Shown here piece by piece: positions 26,904 to 41,892 of a stretch of DNA of 64,000 nucleotides; positions within the stretch are counted from its first letter, which is position 1, and the number at the start of each line of letters is the position of its first letter. The notes beneath the pieces were generated by a model. That model worked only from the letters and a program-made list of their open reading frames with translations, was not told the DNA's origin and ran no database searches. The translations under genes and the position numbers were made by a program. The stretch comes from Octopus sinensis (taxonomy: Eukaryota), in assembly GCF_006345805.1 (NCBI RefSeq), contig NC_042999.1:171120001-171184000 (forward strand), written 5' to 3'.

Positions 26904-26981
26904 GCGGCTGAAGAAGGCCACAGACATACATTATGCATTGTTATAAATCTGTCTAATAAAGGCCCGAAACATATGTACCGC
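26904..26981 (+). ncRNA. Type I hammerhead ribozyme (family H1), GUA site, cleavage predicted after 26977
   Basis: GCGG-CTGAAGA-A-GGCC...GGCC-C-GAAA-CATATG-TA-CCGC. Stem I GCGG/CCGC, stem II GGCC/GGCC with a long insert, palindromic stem III. Confidence 0.88.
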
Positions 26982-27022
26982 TGAATCCTTCGCATCACGT
27001 TTTTATTCTGATCAATTTATAT

Positions 27023-27111
<89 letters not shown>

Positions 27112-29004
27112 TTGTATGTATATATTCGTTTCTTTCTTTGTTCGAAAAAAGTTCGAATTCCATATTTTCGTATTTCAAATTTCCTATTGTTTTCGTTTGA
27201 TGACGCCTTGCACAAAAATTTAACATTATATTTTTTCTATAAGTCAACTATCGTATACGACATTTTATACCACTACGACATATGTGCGTGACTATGCGAG
27301 GGTGTATGTGTCTGTCAGTATACATACATGCTTGCGATAACTGCCACACATACACGCACGCACACTCACACACATCTAAAGGAATAAACAGACGGACAGG
27401 GATAGACTTGAGGTGTGCGTGAATATATGTCTGTGTATCTATCTTAGTATATGTACGTGAATATATATTTAAGTGTATGTGCGTGCGAGTGGATGTGTGA
27501 TAATTTTTACACGTCAGGCTTTAGACAATTAAACACACACCTTCATCTACACATAAATATATATATGTGTGTATCAGTGTGTATGTATCTGTAAGTGTGT
27601 GAGTGTTTGCGCATTCGTTACGAACGTTAGGCCGATGAGTGTATGTGAACTGTATGTGTGTGTCAGCATACATGCATTTTTGTGACGACTGATACACACG
27701 CATTAACACACACATCTAAAGAGAAATATACACACACACAGGGACAGTGTGTGTCTATCACAGTGTATGCCTGTGTGTGTGTCTGTCTTAGGATATGTAT
27801 GTGAGTATATGTCTGAGTGTATGTGAGTGCGAGTGTTTGATAATTTTTATACGTTAGGCGTCAGACAATTAAACACACACATCTACATATACATATACAA
27901 CTGAAGTGAGACATGACAGAACTATTTTATCGCTGTGGTGTAATTCAGTTCTGTCTGGGCAGACGCCAGCCAGGTAGGGTTGGTGATGTAGTAATACAAG
28001 CAACGACATCTGCCCAACAGTGAACGGCGCCGATTTCCAAAGACTTTACTTTAGTTGCGGCCTGGACGTTGAACGAACAACAGTGTTCACTTTGTAGTAT
28101 CACTGTTTGAATTTTCCTTTTCATTATAGAGAGTTGCGGTTAAGACAGCATTAGTGATTATCATTCCTTATGTGCTGAAATATTATTCTGGTTTTTATAA
28201 TCAACATGAAAATTTGGCTGATTTGACATCACACACAGATATATATATGAAATATATCTGAAAAAAGAAATGTTACTCTGGCTATTGTAACAAATTTGAA
28301 AACTTGGCAAGATAAAAAAGCCTTAGCAGCTCTTTCAATAGAATTACAGAAATGTTATTCCAGTCCTCATAACCGGTCTGAAGAGAATACTTTTATAACA
28401 CTACTGGTATCCTTATCGTATTCCTGCTATGCTGCTTTAACAGTGTTAGTATTCAACGCCGCGTAATCCTTTTACTACGTTAGGCAGTATTTATTCTACA
28501 GCCTATAACCTTACACAGTTAAAATAGTAAGTGATGTCAAATTAATTTATGTCTTGTTACATACATCCTTCAGCAAGTGTTTTAAATTAATTAACGTTCA
28601 AAACACCAATGCATTCCTACAAACACATTCTGTTCAGCGTTCGTTTATAAATAGTAATATATATAACTTTTGTACGAAAACTTGAATTGTGCCTTCTGAA
28701 TTTTCTTGGGGCTTGACTTTCGTCAACGTGACGTTCTATTCTAAATTTTTTAACTTTTAGTTCATGTTCTATATAAATGTTGACTTTTTGTACTTTATTA
28801 TATTGATGACGCATAGTAATTTTTGCTAATTTGGTGATTTTCTGATGCTGGAACATAGTTTTGGGAGTATACCCTAAAACAATTTTTATAGCGTAATTAT
28901 GATACAGAGATTAAGTTTTGCAGCTATACTGGCTATATTTCGTTTCACCTGAAATTGGTGTATGTACATTTTTCTGTTTTCAATATTTATTTCTTTTTTA
29001 CTTT

Positions 29005-29390
29005 TGGCACAAGGCCTGAAATTTTTGGGGAGGGGTATCTATTAGATCGTCCCCAGCACGCAACTGGTACTTAATTTATCGACCCCGAAAGCATGAAATG
29101 TAACGTTGACCTCGGTGGAATTTGAACGCTAAACGTAAAGACAGACGAAATACCTATTTCTTTACTACCCACAAGGGGCTATATACAGAGGGGACAAACA
29201 AGGAGAGACAAAACGGATAAAGCCGATTACATCGACCCCAATGCGTAACTGGTACTTATTTAGTTGACCCCGAAAGGATGACAAGCAAAGTCGGCCTCGG
29301 CGGAATTTGAACTCAGAACGTAGCGGCAGACGAAATACCTTCTAAGCATTTCGCCCAGCGTGATAACGTTTCTGTCAGTTCGTCGCCTCA
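29005..29390 (-). mobile_element. SINE family A, head plus tandem body
   Basis: Same head and body, and the same AAATA-GGTATTTC junction, as at 18668-19080. Confidence 0.88.
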
Positions 29391-29469
29391 TTGCTGTTTC
29401 AATATTATCAATTCTATGAATGTATATGTATGTGTCTGTTTCTGCGTTTGTTATGTATATAGTAAACTA

Positions 29470-31392
29470 CAGTAAAGGTCATTTTATGCCGTTTTCATGA
29501 GCCCACATCTAATTTTGCAGCCATCCTTATGATAGGTGAACCATATGAAAATCGTGATATTGTTATTCGTGCTCAAGTTAATAATTTTAAGCGTGTTTCA
29601 GTGACTCATCCCTCATACTCTCCAGTATACGCTTATTCTGTGAATTGGACAAGATGGGTATTATTTCAATATTCCACAGATTGAACCTGCAACAGGAGAG
29701 CCAATTACAAACAAAAAAGTTAACGTCAAATGACTCCTATTCTTACCAACTGATGTTAACACCAGAACAGTCAATTCAATTACACATGTATCGCGATCGA
29801 TTTCAGCAACACCTGGTTGATATGTATGCTAAAGTTGAGAGTCAGCGTCTCCTCTACATTCGTAACAATCAAAACAAAAAAGAGAACAGATGGTGATATT
29901 CAAAACATGGGGCAACTTATAACCCTACCATCGTCATTCACAGGTGATCTTTAATATATGCACGAACGAACTCAAGATGTCATGTCATATGTCAGGACAT
30001 TTGGAAAACCAGATTTTCACCTACAATCCTAAATGAGAGGAGATAAAATCTAACCTTCTCCCAGTATTCTATCTTCTGTTATTGCAGCTACCCTCCTCAG
30101 TTGTGGAAAAGATGCTCATTCTACATTGAAGCTCCCTCTAAACCTTGCAATGAAAAAACCTCAAATGTGCAACGTTTTCCCAAAATTCTTCAATGGTAAC
30201 TGTTCTCCAACAAACGTCATTGTTTAAGGTGAATGCGCTGTCACATGGTGGAGCTCCAGATGTATTTGACCGTACCCTCTAAGACATGAAAAACAATAGC
30301 ACGCGCATGGGAGGAGTAACAGTTCTTCTTGTAGGAGATTTTCGTCAATTGTTGCCAGTTATCGCCAAAGGATCAAAAGCTGGTGAGGTCAATGCATGCT
30401 TCAAAAACATCGTACGTTTAGAGACATATGAAAAAACTTCATCTTACAAGCAACATCAGAGTACTTCTACAAGATGATCATACGAGCTTCTTACGATTGG
30501 TAATAGGATATTAACATTCAACTCAAGATTTAAGCAACATAAAATTAAATGTGGTCAAAGGATACATTCTCTCAGGGATATTATAGATAAAGTATTTCCT
30601 AATTTATCTGTCAATTACACTGATCTAAACTGTCTATGTGAAGGAGCTATACTAGCTCCAACAAATGAAATATTTGATAAACTCAACCATGAATTTCAAA
30701 AGTTAACAGATACATCAGAAGTGATTTTTCGATCAATTGTCAACGGTCGACAAGATTAGGTTGTTCAATACCCTGTTGAATTTATGAACACACTTAAACT
30801 CACAAGGATGCCACCGCATAACTTGACACTAAAACTTGGTGCTCCCATTACGTTACTTAGGAATCTTGACCCATCTCACCTATGTAATGGAACTCGCTTA
30901 AAAGGTACTTCCATGAAGCCCCATGTCCTACAGGCAACAATCATAACAGGTGGTCACAAAGGAGAAAATGTCTTTATCCCCAAAATTCTTCTCACACGTA
31001 CAGATGTTCCGTTTGAATTTAAGATGCTTCAGATTCCTGTGAAACTAATTTTTGGTATTTCAATTAACAAATCTCAGGGTCAATCCCTTAAGGTAGTTGC
31101 ACTTAATAACTCTACCACATGCTTCTCCCACGGCCAAATCGATGTTGCTTGCTCACGAGTTGCAACAACGTATTCATTTCGACATCAACAAAAAAAACAC
31201 AATGTATATTGTTTACCCTGAGGAGCTTCAACAATGAGAGATTTTCAATTCGAAATTCTGTAATCATAACAATTTCGAAAATATATAAAATATATATATT
31301 TTGAAATAATTATGAAAATATATCTTTATATATTCTTTTACTGATCTGGAAAAGAACAGCAGTAACCCGGATAACGCCGGGTCATTCAGCTA

Positions 31393-31393
<1 letters not shown>
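29470..31393 (+). mobile_element. Decayed, internally deleted Helitron (Rep + PIF1-like helicase) with intact 3' terminus
   Basis: FQQHLVDMYAKVESQRLLYIRNNQ; LPSSFTG...YMHERTQD; GGVTVLLVGDFRQLLPVI; LLRNLDPSHLCNGTRL; INKSQGQSL; FSHGQ..VACSRV. Hairpin ACCCGG-ataacg-CCGGGT (31365-31382), then CTAG|T at 31390-31393. The 5' end was not located. Confidence 0.93.
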
Positions 31394-31427
<34 letters not shown>

Positions 31428-31429
31428 TA

Positions 31430-32274
<845 letters not shown>

Positions 32275-34789
32275 CGTGTGTTTGTGTATGCAGAGATGAA
32301 TAGATAGAGAGATAAACATATATTATCTTAGAAAATATTAGTATGTTAGTGTTACGAGATATTGTTATATATACAACATATTAGTTTATCAAAACTACAT
32401 ATTTAATCTCAGTGTGTGATTATGAGTTTATATGAAAGATGGAAATCGGTAGATTGAAGCGCAAATAAAATATGGATTATATGTCGTGGAACACCTTGAA
32501 ATTGAAATTACATTTGTTAGCCACAAAATATATAGAAGTATTTGACATCTAATGTTACTGGTAAATAAATGAACGAGGGCAAAAAAAGCAACGAATTGTT
32601 CACGTCGTATATTATGCAAGCAACTCTCTACAATATTATTCTTGGAAAAACCTAGTAAAATATTCCAAAATTCAAGGAACGAACAACACTTTAAAAAATA
32701 TACATTTATTGATCGTTTATATTGCCGTTCGCCAATTCATATCGTGTAAGAGATTACCAGTGTCACAAATCTGAGAAACTTTTCCAGTGTAAGTCTCAAA
32801 ATAATGTGTTTCTGTATGTGTTGTAAACATTATTTTTTTTTCTTTTTACGTCTTCATATAACTAATTTATTTGTATAATGCTTGTAGGCATATTGTACTG
32901 GTTATGACTTTAAACTGCAGCCTGTTGTGGAGTTCTGCTTCAGGAATTTCAGAGTTTCGAGGAGTATGGAACCATACCTTAGCTGTTATTGTTCCCAGGT
33001 CTACTCTAACCCAGATATTTCGGTCCAAGCTATATGTTAACTAGGATATGAGTGTCGAAATGTAAGCAATACTTGGGCTGGTGTTCGAGGGCGAAGTAAG
33101 CCAACTGGGAGTGAGTGATTGGTCTTTGTTAAGGCATCCCGCTAGAAGGCTAACTTGTATACAAAACCAACTACTCTACTGAGCCGAATAGCTTCAAATT
33201 TGCTTGTCTCTGGGCTGCTTAGTATTCCTTGTGAGAGCCGTGTGTTGTGCAAGCTACATTAGCACACAGACGAATGCACGCACGTGCGCGCGCAAACGCA
33301 CAGCCACTCACAGACACAGATACATATTCACACACATAAACATGCCTTATTCTTTTACAAGAGTAATAAATTTGTACTGTACAAAAGTACGAGGTAACTC
33401 TTTAGATTAATGTAAAATTGTTTGATTATAACTGAAAATAAAGCAAGCACACACACACACCTATATATATATGTATATAATTTGTGCCTGTGTGCAACGT
33501 ATATACTACGTATGTGCCTACATATCGAAGTTATGACTGTAACCTAGAGTAAGTTACTGAACAATTGTAATTATTCGGAAATATCAAACTCAACAGTTAT
33601 AAAGTACTAGGGTCTGCCAAAGATTAGGAAATAAAGAGTATTGTAGCACAATGATTTAACCCTTTTTGTAGATGTTATGGCGTAGTTTAACGTAAGATGG
33701 CTTTAATCTCACTCATAGATAGCTGACGAAAGTCATTTAACTGGAGTCCGGATCTGAAGTTTTGAGTCAGAACAAACTTTAATAAAAGACTACATGAGGT
33801 AAAAGCGGTGATAAACTCTGTCGCCTGTTGCGCCTATCCACTGCCGAAATGGAAAGGATATTTTATGCTATGTAAAAGGAGGAAACATCAAGAAACGAAA
33901 GGAACAATAGACCAGGAACAATTAGGACCGTGCTAGTACTTACGATGCTGTACCATTTGAGCGGCTGTTAAAAAAATACCGCAAGATATATTGTTGCCCT
34001 AACATTTTCTTGGTATCTGAGTAAAAGAGAAGTAAAAACAGGATTAAACTTTATAATTATGAGAGCGACCAGTTAATTATATATAGAAGGAGTAACTGGA
34101 CATTGTGATACGTTAATGCTAGTTGAGTGTGTGTCAGAAATTGGCCCAATAATGCATGTTGTAATTATGTAATCTTAGATGCAGTTTTTAACTCAGGGGC
34201 TAGCAGATACATGAAGTCGATTTGCAGGAAACGTAGGTAAGGCCGAATCCACGGAATTTACTGAAATCAAGTGCAAATGCACTACATTTGAAGAAACTTT
34301 CAAGGAAATGGATCAATGAGTTGCATGCTATACGATAGCAGATCTGCAATTGTGCTGGAGCTCTAAAATTTGCACTAGTCGTCACCGTTATTGATTAGAC
34401 TCTCAACATGTACTGAAGTTCGATATTTATGTCTCCGATAACTTGAAGATTTTGCAAGTGATAACAATTTAGTGCCCAGCTGGTGTATTCAGGGCTATCT
34501 TTCTTTGTAATAGGTCATAGATAAGATGATAACCTGTTCGCTGAAATGTTGAAGTTTTATAAAAATATGAGATCAGCGTACCTGTGCTTGTTTATATAGT
34601 AAATTCACAAAACAATTAGTTCATTTGCCTGATACTAAGATAAGAACAAGTTATTTATTATTCAATGCAGTAAAGAAGCCTACAATGTAAAGTAACAGAT
34701 ACTTAGGTGTTTGAAAATACTAATAACAAGTATTTACATCTTTGGAAGAAGTTATTTATATCAGCTTAAAGTTTTCGCGTTAAGGCCTG

Positions 34790-34960
34790 TAATTTCGGAG
34801 TTGGTGAGAAATTGTGTTCAGCTGGTTCTTATTTCAACGACCCCGTAAAGATGAAAGGCAAAGTCGACCTCACCGGAATTTGAACTCAGAAGGTAAAGAG
34901 GAAGAAAATTCCGCTACACATGTTGCCCAGTGTGCTAACGATTCTGTAGACTCGCTGCCT
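34790..34960 (-). mobile_element. SINE family A, diverged monomer
   Basis: AAGGCAGCGAGTCTACAGAATCGTTAGCAC head; GAGTTCAAATTCCGGTGAGGTCGACTTTGCCTTTCATC body. Confidence 0.8.
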
Positions 34961-36399
34961 TAGAAGTGACATATATATTGATATATAACTATTTTAAAGT
35001 CTTGGTTTTATATGTAATATACATCGGTATTGATTGCCATTTCTATAGGCAGTTGAGCATACACTACACAGAAGTTTTGGTTTCCCTAATGAACTGATCG
35101 ATATTATGTAATATGTCAACCCCTGGGCTTATCTGCCGTAAAACATATTTCAACTCGTATCATGAATTGCAATCCATCTATAATACATTCGTAGATATAA
35201 TCTGTTATTTAGATATAATTTCATGATTCCTCACTAGATATTCATATATTCCTTTGCACGAGATATTCATGGAGCATATATTGTCTCTGAATGATATGAT
35301 GCTATAGGTTACATAATACATGAGAGTAATTTTTAAAGTCAAATTAAATCATATTGCTCTCATGCAAATTTTATGTAGATATCAGATTAGATATGCCGAT
35401 ATCAGTTTAAATACTGCTTCAATCTTTCAGACATTTTTTTCATTATATGGACTGTGTCCGTCGTAGGGCATGTTATTGAATGACAATTATGATAAGTTAG
35501 AACAACGTTCAACAAAAGATGTGTTCCCAACTTATTATTTTCCTCTTTGAAATGGGTTACTATATTTTCATATGACGTGTATACAGTTGTCCCATCAAAG
35601 CACCATTATAATTATTGCTAACAGTAACAACATAGGAAATAAAACATATCTAGAACTGTTGCCACTTGGAGAAAAAAGTGCCCGAGCAAATATCAAGAAG
35701 GCTGGATTTCAGTCAGTAAACCATCAATTAATAATCGTAAGTCATTGCCGCTAAACGCAACGATAACAATCATCACAAACTTTCTAATGCAAAGAAAAAG
35801 ACGCGATATAACCACCCACTCCTGAGTTATATAATATGGCTTGAAATGACTCCCTGCAATGCTTCGATCGTAGAACTGCACTTTCATTGTTCCGTCTTTG
35901 AATATACGTTTAGTGCTTTAGCTTCTAAATTAGTAGCTATGATGTATAAAGGTATATTATATCGCATTTAAAACCTTACTGATAGTTATAGGAAATATAT
36001 TTGCAAATAATTAATACATTCATTACAATATAAATAATTATGTTCAAGCTAAAATTCACCAGAAGGAGAATAAGTGTACATCATAACCTGAATGCACCTA
36101 ATTTGTGGTCAGTGTATTGTCTACAGAAATTCGGTTTCACAACCGACATTTTATCTCTGTATGACATAAGATAGAAATCTGAAAAAAAAACAAGAACGGT
36201 TTGCTTTCTCTATACAAACACACAGACACAGACACACACATATCCCTACATACTTATATACATACACACACAGATATATACACACTCACATACATACATA
36301 CATACATACATACATGCATACATACATACATACATACATACATACATACATACATACATACATACATACATACATACAGACATATATCTATGCATGTGT

Positions 36400-36437
<38 letters not shown>

Positions 36438-37204
36438 ATTAAAAAGTCGAAGCAGATATATTGTAAGCACTCAATGGTTAAGCGAACTTGGTTAATTGCA
36501 GCAAACGATTAGATAAAAAAAAAAGATCCAAATAGAATTAACATCCACGGGAATGTTTACCGCACGATAAGTACATATATTGTTCGTTTACAAAATTCCA
36601 AGAAATTCAGAGTATTATATCAACATCAAAATGAATGAGGAGTACCACATCTTTGCCTGAGCTTTACGACATAGAAGCCCAACGACCTTTTCTATTGCGT
36701 AAGCAATGTTTTTTAGATATAGTAATAGGTAACAAAATAAAAGCCGATTCAAATTTGACCTATGACAGCTTCGTTCAATTTGAGGTGGTCCATTGTAAGT
36801 TATTATCTCCATATAATCCTTGTAATTTCAAATGTGATTTTGGCCTTGAAGAATGTATGATTGCTTCAAAATCAAGCTTATTAAATTCTAGAACTAGTCT
36901 TACTTTGAAATGATCACACAAGTATACAAACAACCTTTATATATTTCAATAGTAAACAGAATTTTTACTGTAATTGATTTTTTCCTGTAATCCAGTAAGA
37001 GTGATTTTTCTAAATATTTATTTTTCCATCTATATTTAGCATACTTAAATAGTCAAATACAAATCGATCCAAAACTGATCGATCTGTTTTTCGTAACTTT
37101 TAGTAATCTCTAAAAATGCTAACGCAGTATGAACAATTGTTTGACTTCTAAGTTGTAATCATCAAATGAATATGCGATATTTTCAATTCAAGCTGTTATT
37201 GACC

Positions 37205-37206
37205 TA

Positions 37207-37300
<94 letters not shown>

Positions 37301-37500
37301 GCTAGCTAGTTCGCTGTTTGTCTGTCTGTCTGTCTCACTGTCTATCTATCTATCTATCTATCTATCTATCCAACCATCTATCTCCCTCTCACTCTCTCTT
37401 TCTCTCTCTTACTCTCTCTCTCTATCTCTATCTCTCTTCCTCTCTCACTTTCTCTCTCTCTTTCTCTCTTTCTCTCTATCTCACTCACTCTCTCTCTTTC
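37205..37500. repeat. (TATC)n tetranucleotide tract followed by a (CT)n-rich tract
   Basis: Seen directly. Confidence 0.95.
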
Positions 37501-37888
37501 TCTCATTGTATATATATATATGGCAAGGAAATAAAATTACAAGGAAATGACAAAGGAATAAAAATGCATATTATATCTCCCTTTTTAGTCACTGCTCAAT
37601 ACTCATCCAGAACTTCGTTTTGAAATATACGTAATTTGATTTCGACACTGGGTTATTTATTGCTCTTGCTATGCATCAACGAAATATATATCTTAATTCA
37701 CCCCAGGAAGCTCTTTGCAATGTGTGTTGCATTCAATGTTATTACATCGTTTCCCGGCTACCAGAGAACAGTGCAGTATGAAGCCGAAACGAATGTTGTG
37801 ATAATAAATGCTTCTAGATACACTCCATCTTCCGTATTAATATTTTTTGAAATTTATATATATATATATATATAAAAATATATATATA

Positions 37889-37935
<47 letters not shown>

Positions 37936-37937
<2 letters not shown>

Positions 37938-38290
37938 TTAGCACGCTGGGCGAAATGCTTAGCGGTATTTCGTCTGTCGCTACGTTCTGAGTTCAAATTC
38001 CGTCGAGGTCGACTTTGCCTTTGATCCTTTCGGAGTCGATTAAATAAGTACGAGCTACGCACTGGGGTCGATATAATCGACTTAATCCGTTTGTCTGTCC
38101 TTGTTTGTCCTCTCTGTGTTTAGCCCCTTGTGGGTAGTAAAGAAATAGGTATTTCTTCTGCCGCTACGTTCTGAGTTCAAATTCCGCCGAGGTCAACTTT
38201 GCCTTTCATCTTTTCGGAGTTGATGGAATAAGAACCAGTTACGTACTGGAGTCAATGTAATAACTTGTTCCCCTCTAATTTTCAAGTCTT
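37936..38290 (+). mobile_element. SINE family A, head-truncated, with tandem body
   Basis: CGTTAGCACGCTGGGCGAAATGCTTAGCGGTATTTCG..., with the same AAATA-GGTATTTC junction at ~38147. Confidence 0.88.
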
Positions 38291-38319
38291 TGTGCCTAGA
38301 GTAAAAATAATTATTATGT

Positions 38320-38350
<31 letters not shown>

Positions 38351-38357
38351 CATATAC

Positions 38358-38523
38358 ATAGACGCAGGTGTGGTTGCGTATTAAGAGACTTGCTTCACAA
38401 CCACATAATTCCAAGTACAGTCTTACTGCATGACATCTTGTGCAAGTGTCACCGTGTCTGACCTCGAGCCGACCAAAACTTTGTGCGTGTATTTGGTAAA
38501 CTGAAACTGAAGGAAGCCTGTCG

Positions 38524-38525
<2 letters not shown>
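38358..38525 (+). mobile_element. tRNA-type SINE family B (another copy on the minus strand at ~61080-61400)
   Basis: GACGCAGGTGTGGTTG...CTTGTGCAAGTGTC...GAGCCGACCAAAAC...AAACTGAAGGAAGCCTGTCGTATA. Homologous to the reverse complement of 61270-61400. Confidence 0.7.
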
Positions 38526-38589
<64 letters not shown>

Positions 38590-38922
38590 ACATATATATA
38601 TATATATATCTAAATGTAGATATGTATATAAATATACATGTATGCATGTATGTATGTATATCGTGTGTTTGTGTGGGTGGGTGTGTTTGTCCTCCACCAC
38701 TTGACAACCGATGTTTACGTCCCAGAAACTTAGTGAATTACCAAACTAAACGATACAATAACTACCAGGCTATAGAAAAGCATAAAATCCTAAGGACAGG
38801 GGCTGAATCATTTGACTCAAAATTCTTCAATAAGGTAGCATAGCATGGCCGCAGTATAATTACAAAATAAATGGTGATATACATGTGCGTGTGTATGTGT
38901 GTGCGTTTGTGTGCGTGCGTGC

Positions 38923-38965
<43 letters not shown>

Positions 38966-39347
38966 AGTGTGCGTACATCATCCTTCATTTTGTTTGCTTT
39001 TTGTTTCTGTGATATAATTTGTTGAACAGCTGTCGTTTAAGGGCAAGTTAGTTTGGCAATATTATAACCACACGCTCTCTAAGTCACAATTTTTCTTAAT
39101 AATATTCTTCTAATTAGCCATAAACCGATTGGGTAAGCCAATGCTTCATTACTCCTTCGATCAGTCAAGCAGTCAATCGTTTTGTTAGATTATTGTCGTA
39201 AACATCTTTTGCTTCAACGACTTGTTCTCCGACGCAAATCCACAACATTTCTTCAGGAAAACAATTTATTATATTTTTAACATCGAATAAATACTTACAA
39301 TGCGATAGGAAGAAAAGGATTTTATAAGTGGTTTAGATGAAAGAGAA

Positions 39348-39395
<48 letters not shown>

Positions 39396-40194
39396 AAGAA
39401 GGAGCAACAGAGAGAGAAACAGGGAAAGAAAGAGAAGGAAAGAGCAAAAGGTAGTGAGTGATAGATATGTCTAGAAGAGACAGGAAGAGAAAAGCATGAA
39501 ATAGAGAGATTTGGGAAGAGAGTGAGAGAGATGGAAAGAAGAGCATGAAACAGAAAGATAGAGAGAGAGAGAGAGAGGGAAGAGAGTGAGAGAGAGTGTG
39601 TGAGAGAGTGAGTTTGTGTATCTGCGTTTGTGTACATGAAAGCATGTGTGTGTGTGTGTGAGAGAGAATACAAAGGAAATAGAGTAGTGAAAGTCAATAT
39701 CAAGAAAGTATGCTGGAACAATGATGTTGTCAGTTTTGTGTAGAGCTTAAGGTACCAGTCGTGTGTGTGCCTTAGGTATGAAAACATATACTTTGTGTAT
39801 CTGATTCGATACTGAAATGCTGTTCACTCCTGCTATAAACAATTTGTGTAATAAATTTTCTGTTAATAGAAATTATATCCCCTTTTTGCTTGGGCGTTAC
39901 GAGATTTTGTTTTCTATTTTTCCATCACAGATTAAATTTCAAAATATTAATAATTTATAAAAAACGCCATTTTGTACACTTCGCTTTAAATTTCTCTTCC
40001 ATTGACATATTCACTCCTGAATTGTATTCCAATCTACAACATAAATCTGTCTGAATGTTTGTTTATCTATCAATCACCTATTCGCCCATTCAATCCGACT
40101 CTCCCTCTCTCACTCTTTCTCTCACGCCCTCTGTATAACTCTCACGCGCGACTCCGTCTATCTAAAATCAGGTATGTTTCCATATATATACATT

Positions 40195-40505
40195 CTGGGA
40201 AGGTTAGTGGTTAGGGTCTTCGGCTCACAATCGTGCGTCCAATTCCCAGCGATGCGTTTTGTCCTTGAGGAAGGCATTTTATTTTACGTTGCTCCAGTCC
40301 ATTCAACTGGCAATAATGAGCAGTACCTGTATTTCAAAGGGCCAGCCTTGTCACATTCGGTGTCACCCTGAATTTCCCTGAGAACTACGTTAAGTGTACA
40401 TGTGTCTATGGATTGCTCAGCCACTTGCACGTTAATTTCACGAGCAAACTGTTCCGTTGATCGTATCAACTGGAACCCATGTCGTAGTAGCCGACAGAGT
40501 ACCAG
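40195..40505 (+). mobile_element. tRNA-type SINE family C (diverged)
   Basis: A-box-like TTAGTGGTTAGGGT, eroded B-box and a GTCCTTGAGGAAGGCATTTTA central motif. Single copy here, so the family call rests on recalled consensus. Confidence 0.5.
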
Positions 40506-40534
40506 TTTTACATACATTCTGAATAAACTAGTTC

Positions 40535-40592
<58 letters not shown>

Positions 40593-41892
40593 TCAAACTC
40601 ATAATTAAAAATTTTTAAATCTTAATTTTAAATCTTAATTTTAATTTTTAATTTTAATTCTTAACTTAATCTAATTTAAGTAGCATAACTTTAATAAAAT
40701 AAAATGAGTTACTAAAGCACCATAATTTTATTTCAAAATTAAATAAATAAGGTTACTCCCTCGGTGATAATATGATTATCTTCATTATGATAGACAATTC
40801 CCTAACACCTTGTAAATGATCTTCTAAGATTTGACCTGTAGTCCGTCAATGTATGAATAATAACGGCAACTCCTTAAGACAGTAAAATGAATAAATTAAA
40901 TAAATAAATTTTAATGACTTTTTGATAAGATTATACTTAGATTTTCCTAATGTATTTTCTTTTGATTTTAGCCTTTGACCCCTAAACCCCTAAACCCCTG
41001 ACCGTGTTATCTCTTTAGATTCTCCTTAAATTCATAGCTGCTTTCGACAGCAATAATTAGCTGTTTTACTGGTCAAAGAATAATATTCTCCTCTAGTTCC
41101 TAGATGCCTGTAAATTAAAACCAGACTTGCCGTCTACTAATTCCTCTGTATAACTAGAACCCTTTTTTTCTTTTTCTCTTTTTTCCCTTCTTTCCCTATT
41201 TCTTTCTCTTTTCTCTTTTTTCTTTTTTCTTTTTTCTTTTTTCTTTTTTTCTTTTTTTCTTTTTCCTTTTCTCTTCTCTTCTAGCCCCCCCCCTTTTGCT
41301 CCCTCCCCCTTTATTTTCTCTCTTTCCTTCTCTTTCCTTCCCTTTTCTGTTCTTTGCATCTCTAGAAAGCCCTTCAGCCTTTAAAAGTTAAATAGCTACA
41401 GTCTCTTGAAAATAGCAGTAATGTGATTAATGTGGCAAATACCTAATCATATATCAAGAATTGATACCCACCTCATTGTGTTCAACCATTGATAAATTTA
41501 TCGCCTGTGAATATGAAATTCCTCTTCATTTCTCTGGAAATTTACATCTACACCATTGGAAATTGTGCATCTATACAAAGGATTAATTCACCCTCTCGGT
41601 AATGCTAATAAGCAGGAATTGAAACCCACCTCGTTGTGATTAGCAATGGATAAATTTGTCGTCTGTGTGTATGTAATCCCTCCTCATATCTCTGGAAATT
41701 CATATGTACACCATGGATTAAGTCACCTTCTCTGTGATGCTATTAAAACTTTTTTTAAATTCTGTGATAAGACTGTACATCATCTTTAAAGAACTTTAAT
41801 GAACTTTGGAAATCTGTTTATGTTACTTAATTATCTACATTACTTCATGAGTATAGCCTCAACCACTAGGATGTCTAGAGAACTCACATGTA

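Larger units (their letters stand above)
21596..27019 (-). mobile_element. 5'-truncated Penelope-like element with inverted pseudo-LTR (foldback): arms ~21665-23642 and ~25029-27019
   Basis: The two ~2-kb arms are near-identical reverse complements enclosing a 1.4-kb RT-thumb/GIY-YIG fragment. Each arm carries a hammerhead. (TA)n flanks both ends. Confidence 0.93.
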
